A DNA stretch of 64,000 nt from Candidatus Bathyarchaeia archaeon. GTDB lineage: Archaea > Thermoproteota > Bathyarchaeia > Bathyarchaeales > Bathycorpusculaceae. The stretch is from contig JAVZNC010000004.1 of the NCBI GenBank assembly GCA_038882955.1, positions 96,001-160,000 on the forward strand. The letters are read 5' to 3'. The translations under genes and the position numbers were made by a program. Positions 10,271 through 20,469 of the stretch are shown one piece after another. Position 1 is the first letter of the stretch; each line of letters begins with the position of its first letter. The notes beneath the pieces were generated by a model. It saw only the letters and a program-made list of their open reading frames with translations. It made no database searches and was not told the origin of the DNA.

Positions 10271-11395
10271 CTATATTAGGAATTTGCCGTTTTTGTAGAA
10301 GAGTTTGCCATCCGCGTAGATTTCGCCATTCCTCTTCATATCCTTGAGAATATCCCAATGAATAGCCGAGACATTTACGCCGCCTGACTCTGGGATTGAC
10401 ATTCCAAGAGCCAAATGCATTGTTCCGCCCATTTTCTCGTCGAAGAGCATGTTCTTCGTAAACCGTGTTATGGCGTAGTTTGTTCCAATTGCGATTTCGC
10501 CTATACTGTCTGCGCCTTCAACCTTTAGAATCTCCTTTAAGAATTCTTCGCCTTTAGAAGCTGAAGCCTTGACTACTCTGCCATTCTCAAATGTGAGTCT
10601 CACATCTTCGATTTCTCTGCCTCCGTATATTCCTGGAAAAGTAAACCTTATTGTGCCGTTCGCGGAATTTTCAACAGGTCCCGTGAAGACTTCTCCGTCT
10701 GGCATGTTCTTTTCTCCGCTGCAGTTTATCCATTTCCTGCCCCTAACGCTCATTTTTAGGTCTGTGTCTTCTCCGACGAAGCGAATTTCCTTTGCCTTGT
10801 TCAAGAAATTGCAGATTCTTTCTTGTTCTTCGTGTATGCGTTTCCATTCTGCAACTGGGTCTTCCTTGTCTACTAGGCAGCTGTTATAGACAAAGTCTTC
10901 ATATTCCGGCAAAGCCATTGCTGCCTCTTGCGCTTGAGCTGGGATTGGGTATGGTAGGAGTGTCCAGCGGAGTTTTCCTTCAGCCTCCCTTCTTATTCGT
11001 ATTTCCGCTAGTTCTTTTCTTGAGGCTGCGCGTATTCGCATTCTTGCAGGGTCTATGCTTGTAAGCCTCTTTGGGTTTGGTTCGCAGAAAATGCCTATTT
11101 GCACATCAATGTTTTCGATTAGGAATTTTTCAAAAGGCGAGATGTATGTTAGCTGGTGCTCTTTCGCGTATTTGTAGAATGTATAGTCTGTTTCCAACTG
11201 TGGCATAACCATGGGGTAGGCGTCGCTTAACAAGCACTCCTTGTACAACTCGTTTATCAGAGGCGCGGCTTCCACGCTTCCCATTATTAGCACTTTTTCT
11301 TTTGGATTAACCGCAACGCTGTATTGGACACAAAGCTTTGCAAGTTTCGCTATTCTGTGGTCAACCATAAACTTCACCAGTCGAGGAAACATCAC
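10271..11395 (-). CDS. Aminopeptidase, M29 (AmpS/PepS) family
   Basis: NMPDGEVFT, GEIAIG, FDEK, HLALG and HWD motifs. Confidence 0.93.
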   Translation of the reverse strand: MMFPRLVKFMVDHRIAKLAKLCVQYSVAVNPKEKVLIMGSVEAAPLINELYKECLLSDAYPMVMPQLETDYTFYKYAKEHQLTYISPFEKFLIENIDVQIGIFCEPNPKRLTSIDPARMRIRAASRKELAEIRIRREAEGKLRWTLLPYPIPAQAQEAAMALPEYEDFVYNSCLVDKEDPVAEWKRIHEEQERICNFLNKAKEIRFVGEDTDLKMSVRGRKWINCSGEKNMPDGEVFTGPVENSANGTIRFTFPGIYGGREIEDVRLTFENGRVVKASASKGEEFLKEILKVEGADSIGEIAIGTNYAITRFTKNMLFDEKMGGTMHLALGMSIPESGGVNVSAIHWDILKDMKRNGEIYADGKLFYKNGKFLI

Positions 11396-11419
11396 AGAGA
11401 TAAAGTTAAACTTAAAAAT

Positions 11420-12304
11420 CTATTGGTTATCATCTGAAAGCTTGGGTCTCGGTCCTTTTCCCTCAACGTTGTAGGGCAACTTGCTTGCCTTGAAGACGAC
11501 GAGTTTTTCTCCAAATTCTGATAGATATACCAGAACTAGTCTTTTTCCCTTGTCTGTTAGGGCGTAGACTGGTATGGTTACGCCGAGTTGCATAAGCGCT
11601 TTTGGGGCAATTTTTTCTCGAAGTATCCTCGAAGCGCTTGCACATGCAATGTCCGCCTTGGCTATGTGTGGCACGGCTGAATCATTCACACAAGTGTTGC
11701 ATACGGAAAACACGAGAACATTCGCCTTTGCCTTTTCCTCGAAACGCCTTATCTTGCTTATCGCTTCAGCTTGAAAGCCAGCAATGGTTACTGCAATTCG
11801 CCTAAAACCCATATTAAATGCTTGCTTCACCCCTTCAACTTGGTCTATTCGTGCACTCTTTTTGTCTAAAACTTTGCCGCCCTCTGCCTCAATGTGCGCA
11901 ATCGTTGATTTTATCGGCGAAGTGCACACTATTCCCGTTAACCTCGCGCCAATTGCCTGTACAAGCCTTCCGTTTGACGTTATAACTGTCCCAGCTCCTT
12001 CGCAGACAACAACTGCACAGTCCATGAGCTCCTTTTCAAGCCATACCTGCATCATTTCAGAAGCTCCATAAGCCACGACTGGCTCAGCGTTTAATAGCCT
12101 ATTTTCACAGCAGAAACCATAGCCATTAATCTTCTTTTCTATGGTTTTGCGCACTGCTTCTGCGTCAATTTTCTTTGTTCCATAAAGCGCTTCGTGCAAA
12201 GGGCAGTATTCAACTGTTGGCTGCGTCAGCAGTTTTACGCCTTTCTCGGAAATTTGCACTCTTGCCCCGCAACAATAAATTTCGTGTTCACCCTTGACCT
12301 TCAT
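11420..12304 (-). CDS. DUF2099 / methanogenesis marker 8-like protein
   Basis: YCPL, GASE, VCEGAGT and IDQVEG motifs. Confidence 0.8.
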   Translation of the reverse strand: MKVKGEHEIYCCGARVQISEKGVKLLTQPTVEYCPLHEALYGTKKIDAEAVRKTIEKKINGYGFCCENRLLNAEPVVAYGASEMMQVWLEKELMDCAVVVCEGAGTVITSNGRLVQAIGARLTGIVCTSPIKSTIAHIEAEGGKVLDKKSARIDQVEGVKQAFNMGFRRIAVTIAGFQAEAISKIRRFEEKAKANVLVFSVCNTCVNDSAVPHIAKADIACASASRILREKIAPKALMQLGVTIPVYALTDKGKRLVLVYLSEFGEKLVVFKASKLPYNVEGKGPRPKLSDDNQ

Positions 12305-12348
12305 AGCAGACTCTCAAGCAAATTTTGGCTCTAAATACACGTGTCGCA

Positions 12349-12639
12349 TTACGGTTCTTTGTTAACCATTTCGTTTATCTGCTGCTCCATCATGTGCCCG
12401 CGGCAATAAACCAACGCCTTTTTTACGCCTGCAACGCTCTTCGCGGCGTTTTTCACGTCTGCGGCAAGTTTGAAGGCGATTGGGCAGAATGGACTTGAAG
12501 GTATAAAATCAACTTTAACTACGCCAGGCTCTTCTTCCTTGACGTTTGTTATCATGTGCATCTCCGCGAAGCTCAACCCCGTTTCTGGGTCAGTTAGTTT
12601 GCCGACAGCCTCTCGCACCTTGTCCTCTAATTCAGTCAA
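12349..12639 (-). CDS. DUF59/MIP18 Fe-S assembly protein
   Basis: DPE...SPFCP motif. Confidence 0.85.
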   Translation of the reverse strand: MTELEDKVREAVGKLTDPETGLSFAEMHMITNVKEEEPGVVKVDFIPSSPFCPIAFKLAADVKNAAKSVAGVKKALVYCRGHMMEQQINEMVNKEP

Positions 12640-12704
12640 ACCCTTTCACATCCACTTTTGAGTGTATAAGGCGTTGAGTGGCAATATAAAATGTTTCTGC
12701 GTAA

Positions 12705-14243
12705 TCAGCCTTTTTGTTCCATTCTTTTTTGGTACATGCGCCAGCTCAGAGCCATTGTTCTTGGATGTGAAGCTTTCACCTCGTCTAGGCGTGGAACCGC
12801 AGTGTTTTGCGGCGCTTTTAACACGGTTTCTGGGTTGGTATATGCCTCTTCGCTTATTTTACGCATGGCTTCGGCGAAGCGGTCAAGCTCCTCTTTCTCG
12901 AAGGTTTCCGTTGGCTCAATCATTAGGGCTTCTTCAACTATTAGTGGAAAATAGATTGTTGGCGCGTGAACTCCATAATCCAAGAGGCGCTTTGCAATGT
13001 TTAGGGCTGAAACTCCAGTTTCGCTTTTCATCTGCTTGGCGCTGAAAACACATTCGTGCTTTCTTGGCTTTTCGTTATTGTAGGGAAGCGTTAAGCTCCT
13101 AATCTCCTTGAGTTTCTTCATTAAGTAGTTTGCATTCAAAACAGAGACTTCGGCGACTTCTCTTAATCCCTCAAAGCCCAAACTTAAAATGTAAGCGTAA
13201 GCCTTCAACAAAACCGCCACATTCCCATAAAAGCTCCTAATTTTCCCAACACTATTGGGTCTATCATAGTCTAGGCGATACCACGCGCCATCAAAAACTA
13301 TCCTTGGAACTGGCAGAAACTCCGCAAGCTCCTTTGAGACGCCTACTGGTCCAGCGCCTGGTCCCCCGCCACCGTGCGGCGTACCGAATGTTTTGTGTAT
13401 GTTTATGTGCACTATGTCAAAGCCCATGTCGCCTGGTCTAACCTTGCAGAGCATTGGATTTAGGTTTGCCCCATCATAGTATAGGAGTCCGCCAGCATCG
13501 TGAATTATCCGGGCTATTTCATCAATGTTCTTTTCAAATATTCCCAAAGTGTTTGGGTTTGTAAGCATTAAGCCCGCTGTGTGTTCTGAAACTGCAGCTT
13601 TTAAGGCGCCTAGGCTCACGCAACCATCATCATCTGAAGGCACTACGACGACGTTGAATCCAGCCATGGCTGCGCTTGCGGGATTTGTGCCATGAGCCGA
13701 ATCTGGTACAATTATTTCTCTTCTTTTTTCGTGTTCGCCCTTCATTTTGTGGTAAGCTCTAATCAGCAAAGTGCCCAAAAACTCGCCGTGTGCGCCAGCA
13801 GCTGGGTGCAAGCAAACCTCGTATGTGCCTGTTATTTCTGCGAGCCAACGTTCAAGCTTGTAGAGTATTTCCAATATTCCCTGTATTGTGCGTTCTTCTT
13901 GGTATGGATGTAGCATGTTAAGTTTTGGCAAGTTTGCAAGTTGTTCGGCTATTTTTGGGTTGTACTTCATTGTGCAGCTTCCAAGCGGGTAAAGTCCACA
14001 GTCAACCCCATAATTCATTTGCGACAAGCGTATGAAGTGGCGGGCAACTTCAACCTCTGAAAGTTCTGGAAGTTTTGGCGCATTTGTGCGTCTCATTTTC
14101 TGTGGTATAAGTTCATTCAAATCACCGACCGCGTTTTTGGCGTGTTTTTCCACTGTTGGTAAGACGTGCCCCCTTCTTCCGCTTCTTCCAAGACTGAATA
14201 TTACTGGCTCGTTCCAAGATGCTTGCTTGAACATGGCTTTCAC
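12705..14243 (-). CDS. gcvPB: Glycine dehydrogenase (decarboxylating) subunit 2
   Basis: PLGSCTMKYN, SAHGTNPASA and HKTFGTPHGGGGPG motifs. Confidence 0.97.
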   Translation of the reverse strand: MKAMFKQASWNEPVIFSLGRSGRRGHVLPTVEKHAKNAVGDLNELIPQKMRRTNAPKLPELSEVEVARHFIRLSQMNYGVDCGLYPLGSCTMKYNPKIAEQLANLPKLNMLHPYQEERTIQGILEILYKLERWLAEITGTYEVCLHPAAGAHGEFLGTLLIRAYHKMKGEHEKRREIIVPDSAHGTNPASAAMAGFNVVVVPSDDDGCVSLGALKAAVSEHTAGLMLTNPNTLGIFEKNIDEIARIIHDAGGLLYYDGANLNPMLCKVRPGDMGFDIVHINIHKTFGTPHGGGGPGAGPVGVSKELAEFLPVPRIVFDGAWYRLDYDRPNSVGKIRSFYGNVAVLLKAYAYILSLGFEGLREVAEVSVLNANYLMKKLKEIRSLTLPYNNEKPRKHECVFSAKQMKSETGVSALNIAKRLLDYGVHAPTIYFPLIVEEALMIEPTETFEKEELDRFAEAMRKISEEAYTNPETVLKAPQNTAVPRLDEVKASHPRTMALSWRMYQKRMEQKG

Positions 14244-15637
14244 CTATTCCTTAAAATCTGGTTTATGTTGTCTGCCAAACGCTCGATTTCCTCGGCGGAG
14301 TGAACCTCTGTTACGCAGTAAAGTGCAGTTTCGCCAAGCTCTGGAAACTCCTTTGAAATGTCCTTTCCGCCGTGAATTCCACGTTGCAAAAGCTTCTTAT
14401 GCACCTCTTTAACGGTTAATCCAGCCCCGTCAAAGTTAACCGTGAACTCTTTAAAATGAGTTGACTTGAAGATTGGCGCTTTTACACCATCTATGCTTGA
14501 AAGTAAGCTTATGGCATAATTAGCCTTATACATCACTGTTTCGCCGAGTTCCCTAAAGCCTTGTGGTCCAAGCAGAGCCATGTAAACTGCAGAGGCAACT
14601 GCGCACAGAGCCTCGTTTGAACATATGTTGGATGTCGCTTTTTCGCGTCTAATATGTTGTTCGCGTGTCTGCAGTGCCATGCAAAAGCCTTGCCTAGCAC
14701 CGTCAACGGTTGTTGTTAAGCCAATTATGCGCCCTGGCATCTGCCTAATGAGACTGTTGTCATCACGGCAAGCAAATATCCCCAACAATGGACCGCCAAA
14801 GTTCATCGGGTTTCCGAGAGGTTGCGCTTCGCCAATAACGATGTCTGCGCCGTATTCGCCTGGAGGTCGTATTATTCCAAGTGATGTTGGGTCCACGCCG
14901 ACTATGAATAGGGCGCCGTGCTTGTGCGCTTCTTCCTCTATTTCTTCAACTTGTGTTTCGATAAAACCTAAATATGACGGGTTTTCTATGTAAACGGCTG
15001 CTGTCTGCTCAGAAATCTTGCCTTCTAAATCTTCCAAGTCTAGTTCGCCAGTTTCCCTTTCATAAGGAACTTTTTCAACTTTTATTCCAGCTGGTTCAGC
15101 GTAGGCTTGCAGTGTTGCCAACCTTTCTGGATGAATAATTCTTGGGACAAGAATTTCTCTGCGACCAGTTACTCGTGCCGCCATTCTCGCGGCTTCGCCT
15201 AAGGCTGAAGCCCAATCGTACATTGAGCAGTTGGCAACGTCCATGGCGGTTAACTCGCAAATCATGCTTTGATACTCAAAAAGGGCTTGAAGCATTCCTT
15301 GCGAGATTTCAGGCTGGTATGGCGTGTACGCAGTTAGGAACTCGCTGCGTTGTACAATCTCTTTCACAAGGGCTGGTACATAGTGTGGCCAGCATCCAGC
15401 ACCAAGAAACATGGGCATTTCATTGTATGTTTTGTTTTTTGCGAGTAGGGCTTCAATGTGCCTTTTAACTTCAAGTTCTGACATTGCCTTGGGGAGGTTT
15501 AGCGGCTTTTTTAGGCGATATTTTTCTTGCATGTCCGCGTAAAGCTCGTCTATACTTTCGATGCCAATTTCGCGCATCATTTCTTCTTTTATTTTCTGCT
15601 GAGAATTTGGAATGTAGGGATGACCTTGCCTACTCAA
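14240..15637 (-). CDS. gcvPA: Glycine dehydrogenase (decarboxylating) subunit 1
   Basis: YTPYQPEISQG and REQHIRREKATSNICSN motifs. Confidence 0.97.
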   Translation of the reverse strand: MSRQGHPYIPNSQQKIKEEMMREIGIESIDELYADMQEKYRLKKPLNLPKAMSELEVKRHIEALLAKNKTYNEMPMFLGAGCWPHYVPALVKEIVQRSEFLTAYTPYQPEISQGMLQALFEYQSMICELTAMDVANCSMYDWASALGEAARMAARVTGRREILVPRIIHPERLATLQAYAEPAGIKVEKVPYERETGELDLEDLEGKISEQTAAVYIENPSYLGFIETQVEEIEEEAHKHGALFIVGVDPTSLGIIRPPGEYGADIVIGEAQPLGNPMNFGGPLLGIFACRDDNSLIRQMPGRIIGLTTTVDGARQGFCMALQTREQHIRREKATSNICSNEALCAVASAVYMALLGPQGFRELGETVMYKANYAISLLSSIDGVKAPIFKSTHFKEFTVNFDGAGLTVKEVHKKLLQRGIHGGKDISKEFPELGETALYCVTEVHSAEEIERLADNINQILRNR

Positions 15638-15723
15638 GGGTTTTTCACCGCTTAGATTTAAACACTCTAACTGCTTTGCTCTTTAAACTTTTCAGCTCTT
15701 TGAGAGAATTTCAAATGGCAGTT

Positions 15724-16236
15724 TTAGTATTGTATTCCTTTTGTTGTTACCATTTCTTTTGGCATTTTTATGTCAACTATCTCGTTTACAAACTCCGCTC
15801 TATCAATCAACTCTTTCGGCGCGTACCTTCCAGTCAAAACAACATCCGTCTTTTTTGGAATTTTGTCCAGAAAATCCAAAACTTCTTTTACGTCCAAGAG
15901 TTTGCAGTGCAGCGCCAAATTTATCTCGTCTAAAACCAGTAGGTGCGGCTTTTTCTCCTTAACGATTTTTTCGGCGAATTTTAGGGCTTTTCGAGCCAAC
16001 TTTTTGTCTCTTTCGTCAAGATTGCCTAGTCCATGCCATCCTTTGCGTCCAAACTGGTAAATTTCATAGTACGGCGTAAGCCTATTCCTTATCTTGTATT
16101 CTCCAGTGTTTTTCCACCATTTTAGAAACTGTATTATTACGACTTTACGCTTGTGCCCTACGGAGCGGAGAGCTAATCCAAGCGCGTTTGTTGTTTTTCC
16201 CGCGCCGGTTCCAGTATAAAGGTATGTGTAACCCAT
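15724..16236 (-). CDS. cobO: Cob(I)alamin adenosyltransferase (CobA/BtuR/CobO)
   Basis: YTGTGAGKTT, QFLK, LDE and LTGR motifs. Confidence 0.92.
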   Translation of the reverse strand: MGYTYLYTGTGAGKTTNALGLALRSVGHKRKVVIIQFLKWWKNTGEYKIRNRLTPYYEIYQFGRKGWHGLGNLDERDKKLARKALKFAEKIVKEKKPHLLVLDEINLALHCKLLDVKEVLDFLDKIPKKTDVVLTGRYAPKELIDRAEFVNEIVDIKMPKEMVTTKGIQY

Positions 16237-16326
16237 TAAATCATCTTCTGCAATATTCCATTGTGATTACTTGTATTATAAGTTTTAAATAGTATGTTGT
16301 GCCATGTTCTTTTTGGAGAAAACACG

Positions 16327-16737
16327 ATGAAATATGACTATGAAGAGTTGCTAAAGAGGGCGCGTTCACAGATTCCAGAAGTAGCACTAAAGCGTGAACG
16401 TTTAGAGCTTCCTCCGCTTCGCCACTCAGTAGTTGGAATGCGGACAACAATTCACAATTTCAAGGAGGTTGCTGACGCTTTAAACCGTGACCCGCAGCAT
16501 CTTTTGAAGTTTTTGACGCGGGAGATGGCTACTGCGGGCATGTTTCAGGAGTCAAGAGCGATTTTTAAGGGGAACTTTTCACGCGAAACCTTTGAAAGGT
16601 TGATACAGCGTTACATGGAAATCTTCGTTATCTGTCCAGTTTGTAAGCGTCCAGATACGAAGATTGTGAAGGAAAAACGCCTATCCTTCCTCGTATGCGA
16701 GGCTTGTGGGGCAAAGTCCTCTGTGCAACAACTTTAG
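16327..16737 (+). CDS. eif2b: Translation initiation factor aIF-2 beta
   Basis: YEELL, LNRDP and CPVC...CEACG Zn ribbon. Confidence 0.95.
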   Translation: MKYDYEELLKRARSQIPEVALKRERLELPPLRHSVVGMRTTIHNFKEVADALNRDPQHLLKFLTREMATAGMFQESRAIFKGNFSRETFERLIQRYMEIFVICPVCKRPDTKIVKEKRLSFLVCEACGAKSSVQQL

Positions 16738-16751
16738 CATGGTTGTCTAAA

Positions 16752-17048
16752 TTGGAAGTTTACATAAACCTTAGGAAAATCGGGAACAATATGCTTCTGG
16801 CTATATGCGACGCTGAAATCCTCGGAAAAACGTTGCGCGAGGGAAAAATTGTCTTTAATGTTAAGGAGGAGTTCTACAAGGGCACAAAGGTTAGCGCTGA
16901 TGAGGCTGTTGAGATGATAGCCAACTGCACAATAGTGAACATGGTTGGCAAAAACATAGTCCAGAAAGCCATAGAAAAGGGCTACGTGCACCCAGAAGCA
17001 GTGTTAAACATCGAAGGCGTTCCACACGCGCAAATCGTGAAAATCTGA
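16752..17048 (+). CDS. DUF424 family protein
   Basis: LAICD.EILG, FYKG and GVPHAQ motifs; TTG start inferred. Confidence 0.85.
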   Translation: MEVYINLRKIGNNMLLAICDAEILGKTLREGKIVFNVKEEFYKGTKVSADEAVEMIANCTIVNMVGKNIVQKAIEKGYVHPEAVLNIEGVPHAQIVKI

Positions 17049-17058
17049 GGTTTGCATA

Positions 17059-18516
17059 TCAAAATAAAGAAAAGTGAGTATTGGTGTTTTTAATGCACTT
17101 TTTTGCAATGACTATCAATGTTGTGAAGATCATTAATAGTAGTATTAAGGCGGTTTGGAATTCTGGGACTATTATTACTTCTTTTGTCGAGTGTAAGTAT
17201 TGGAAGTAGATGTATGTCGTAGTGCCTGATGTCCAGTTTCTCATGTAGAGGGGCGCTTGATCGTTTACCAGAACAGTATACCCGCTTGGCCATAAGCCGC
17301 CGACTATAACGTTTGGGATGTCCACTCTACAGAATCCTATTCCCGCGTCTCCGCTCACGTTGAAACTTATCGTCCTTTGTGTAGTGTTCATTTGGAATGT
17401 AGATATTGAAGAATTACTTATGACTAGGATTTCGTGCTTAGTGGGGGGATATGGGCCAAATAGCACTTCGAAGCGGTTGCAAGGCCCCATAAGTGGATAT
17501 TTGTCTACGTCATCGCCTTCCACAATGTATGGCGTATCACATATTCCATCGCTTCCAGGCTGATTTTGATATTCCCCGTTAAATATGTCAGTGAGGGAAT
17601 GACTGCTCCAAAAATTGCCGCCCATCGGCCAGTCTAGATTCCATTTATTGTTGGTAGCAGACATGTGAACATATGCTTGATTAGTGTTATTGATAAAGTT
17701 ATTATGGTGAATGGTGTTATTCGAGAACTCTATATGAATGCCCCAGTCGCAGTTGCTTACCCAATTATTGCAAATAGTGTTGTTTGGAGAGATAATCCGT
17801 ATACCTTCCGTCGTTGAGATGCCAGTTATATTGTTGTTGGATATCAGATTATTGATTCCGTAGTAGCTGTCTCCAAGAAGGCTAATCTGAACGCCGACCC
17901 ACCACGCGTGTATATTATTAGTCAATATGTTATTGTTTGAAGAATTGGTTATTGAGACGCCATAATAGACATTAGTTATGTTGTTGCCAGTTATGTAAAT
18001 GTTTGATGAACCTTTCTCTGTACCATCAACTAAAATGCCATAATGTACATTTTCTATCCGATTATTTTCCAAGTAACAAAAAGTCCTGCCATCTAAAAAG
18101 ATCCCATAACCCTCTGGAGCGTTTCGTATTATGAAATTTCTAATAGAAACCCCGTTTACTGTAATATTAACAATTCCCTGCTGGACAATCCCTTCTCCGT
18201 CAATAATAGCCTCGCCCTCCCCGACAAGAGACACGGTTTTGTTCACCACAATGCGTGCGTAAGGACCACCGACAACATGAATAACGTCGCCAGAGTTTGC
18301 CGCGTTAATAGCCGCTTGTATTGTCGGATAATTATAAGGAACCCAGATGTCGGCAGGATTAGCTTTAACCACACTGATGTTAGGTGTAAAGCTGAACTTG
18401 AATGTAGATGTCAAGGCACACAATAGAAGCCCCAATAAAAGCCCAATCAATACAAGCCTTTTCAATTGTTCACAACCTAATCTTAATTTCAAAATATTTT
18501 CAGCAATTTTTAACAT
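17059..18516 (-). CDS. Cell-surface beta-helix (NosD/CASH) protein with PEF-type C-terminal sorting signal
   Basis: Signal peptide, YPTIQAAI, Asn-rich repeats, GNFW..DGICD; C-terminal VPEF, TM helix and basic tail. Confidence 0.85.
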   Translation of the reverse strand: MLKIAENILKLRLGCEQLKRLVLIGLLLGLLLCALTSTFKFSFTPNISVVKANPADIWVPYNYPTIQAAINAANSGDVIHVVGGPYARIVVNKTVSLVGEGEAIIDGEGIVQQGIVNITVNGVSIRNFIIRNAPEGYGIFLDGRTFCYLENNRIENVHYGILVDGTEKGSSNIYITGNNITNVYYGVSITNSSNNNILTNNIHAWWVGVQISLLGDSYYGINNLISNNNITGISTTEGIRIISPNNTICNNWVSNCDWGIHIEFSNNTIHHNNFINNTNQAYVHMSATNNKWNLDWPMGGNFWSSHSLTDIFNGEYQNQPGSDGICDTPYIVEGDDVDKYPLMGPCNRFEVLFGPYPPTKHEILVISNSSISTFQMNTTQRTISFNVSGDAGIGFCRVDIPNVIVGGLWPSGYTVLVNDQAPLYMRNWTSGTTTYIYFQYLHSTKEVIIVPEFQTALILLLMIFTTLIVIAKKCIKNTNTHFSLF

Positions 18517-18649
18517 TTGCGGTAATTTGCACCAAGAATGTTAAAAGGCAATTTTATGTAAAAGTACCCTTTTTGTGGTGAGTATGCTTTTAAGGGAGTT
18601 AGACATACCATTAAAGAAGGTTAAGCCGATAAACGTTTGAGGTGGCTGA

Positions 18650-18958
18650 TTGGGTAAAAAGAAGGTGTTAAGTGAAGAAGAATTAAGCGAGATGGTTTAC
18701 CCGTCTCCAAACGATGTTTTAGGCATAGCCGTTAAACTCTTGGGTTTTGACCGTGTCTTGGTTAAATGTCAAGACGGTCATGAACGCTTATGCCGTATTA
18801 GGGGTAAAATGAAGAGGCGAGTTTGGATACGCGTCGGCGATGTTGTTCTCGTTTCTCCGTGGGACTTCCAGTCCGACACGCGTGGCGATTTGATTTGGCG
18901 TTACACAAAAGCCCAGGCGGATTTGCTCCGCAAAAAGGGTCTTTTGACAATTTCTTGA
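18650..18958 (+). CDS. eif1a: Translation initiation factor aIF-1A
   Basis: RLCRIRGKMKRRVWI...SPWDFQ. Confidence 0.96.
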   Translation: MGKKKVLSEEELSEMVYPSPNDVLGIAVKLLGFDRVLVKCQDGHERLCRIRGKMKRRVWIRVGDVVLVSPWDFQSDTRGDLIWRYTKAQADLLRKKGLLTIS

Positions 18959-18971
18959 TGGAGAAGGCAAC

Positions 18972-19763
18972 TTGTCTTTTAGGAAAATTGTCAGGAAAAG
19001 GTTGGGCCAAAAAGAGAGGGAATATGAAACTGAACAGCTGATGAAGGAAAAACGCAGCGAAGAATACGAGGTTCTAGAAGAGGTTTTTGACCGTTCAACG
19101 TTAATGGTCATATATGACTTCTTGAACAAGGGCGTGATAAACGAGATTTACGGCGTTGTCAAGGCTGGAAAAGAATCTAGGGTTTACTGGGGCAAAGACG
19201 CTGAAGGGAATGAATTAGCCATAAAAATATATTTGACGGTTTCAGCGGAGTTCCGCAAGGGCATACTCAAATACATAGAAGGCGACCACCGATTCAAGGG
19301 CGTAAAAAGGGACACGCGCTCCCTAATCTTCGCATGGGCGCAGAAAGAGTTCAGAAACCTTGAACAGGCAACAGCCGCAAAAGTGCGCGTGCCAAAACCA
19401 ATAGCCGTTAAAAACAACGTATTAATAATGGAATTCATAGGCGAAGACGGCGTCCCAGCACCATCAATGAAGGAACTGACGCCGAAAAATCCAGAAAAAG
19501 TCTATGCCACGCTTCTCGAGTATCTGCGTAGGCTTTATCTCAAGGCCGAGCTTGTGCACGGAGACCTAAGCGAATATAACATCATGATTTGGCGTGGTCG
19601 CCCAGTAATATTTGACATATCGCAGGCAGTTCCAACTTCACATCCGATGGCGGATTTCCTCCTACGCAGGGACCTAACCAATATAAACAAGTATTTTAGT
19701 AGGTTAGGCGTTGAAGTGCCATCGGTTGAAGAGTGCTACATGAGGGTTACAGACGTTGGCTAA
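18972..19763 (+). CDS. rio1: RIO1 serine kinase
   Basis: GKES, AIKIY, HGDLSEYN and DISQ motifs; aIF1A-RIO1-Dim2 synteny. Confidence 0.95.
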   Translation: MSFRKIVRKRLGQKEREYETEQLMKEKRSEEYEVLEEVFDRSTLMVIYDFLNKGVINEIYGVVKAGKESRVYWGKDAEGNELAIKIYLTVSAEFRKGILKYIEGDHRFKGVKRDTRSLIFAWAQKEFRNLEQATAAKVRVPKPIAVKNNVLIMEFIGEDGVPAPSMKELTPKNPEKVYATLLEYLRRLYLKAELVHGDLSEYNIMIWRGRPVIFDISQAVPTSHPMADFLLRRDLTNINKYFSRLGVEVPSVEECYMRVTDVG

Positions 19764-20331
19764 ACCAAGCGCATTTGTTAGAATACCTAAAGACCGTATA
19801 GGCGTGTTAGTCGGACCAGAAGGTAAAACAAAAAAAGCCATAGAAGAGAAGCTCGCCGTAACGCTTCAAATAGAAAGCGACTCTGGAGGCGTAACAATAA
19901 TGCTAGCTGAAAACGCAAACGATCCTGCAATGCTTTTCAAGGCAAAGGACGTGGTAACAGCAATTGGACGCGGCTTCTCGCCTGAACACGCTTTTCGCCT
20001 AATCAGAGACGAAGAAGCCGTGCTTGACATAATCGATTTGCGCTTAATCTTTGGAAAATCAGAGTCTGATTTAAGACGCGTGAAGGGACGAATAATTGGG
20101 ATGGACGGCAAAACGCGGAGAATAATTGAGGAGTTGACGGAAACAAACATATGCGTTTACGGACACACCGTTGGCATAATTGGAAACATCGAACAAGTGC
20201 AAGCGGCAAGAGAAGCAATACAAATGCTAATAGAAGGAAGTTCGCATGGCACAGTTTACCGCTACTTACACAAAAAACGCCGCGAACTAAAAAGAAAAAT
20301 GATGGAACTATGGGAAAAACCAGAAGAGTAA
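19756..20331 (+). CDS. KH-domain rRNA processing protein (Dim2/PNO1)
   Basis: Two KH domains, AIGRGF and KGRIIG. Confidence 0.93.
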   Translation: MAKPSAFVRIPKDRIGVLVGPEGKTKKAIEEKLAVTLQIESDSGGVTIMLAENANDPAMLFKAKDVVTAIGRGFSPEHAFRLIRDEEAVLDIIDLRLIFGKSESDLRRVKGRIIGMDGKTRRIIEELTETNICVYGHTVGIIGNIEQVQAAREAIQMLIEGSSHGTVYRYLHKKRRELKRKMMELWEKPEE

Positions 20332-20338
20332 AATGCTG

Positions 20339-20410
20339 TTGGCGAGCTCTCCGCACTCAAGATCCCAATCATTTTGGTTCAGCGGGGCCAGAGTCGTCAT
20401 CGCCCGCCAA
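20339..20410 (-). ncRNA. Box C/D guide sRNA (predicted tRNA-Leu(CAA) Cm34 guide)
   Basis: Terminal stem UUGGCGGGC/GCUCGCCAA; C box AUGACGA, D' CUGA, C' AUGAUUG, D CGGA; 11-12 nt guides. Confidence 0.75.
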
Positions 20411-20469
20411 AAAAACTAAGTTTGGACTTGGATAAAAAGTTATAGGAAACAGCCAAGTGTTGAAGGTTT

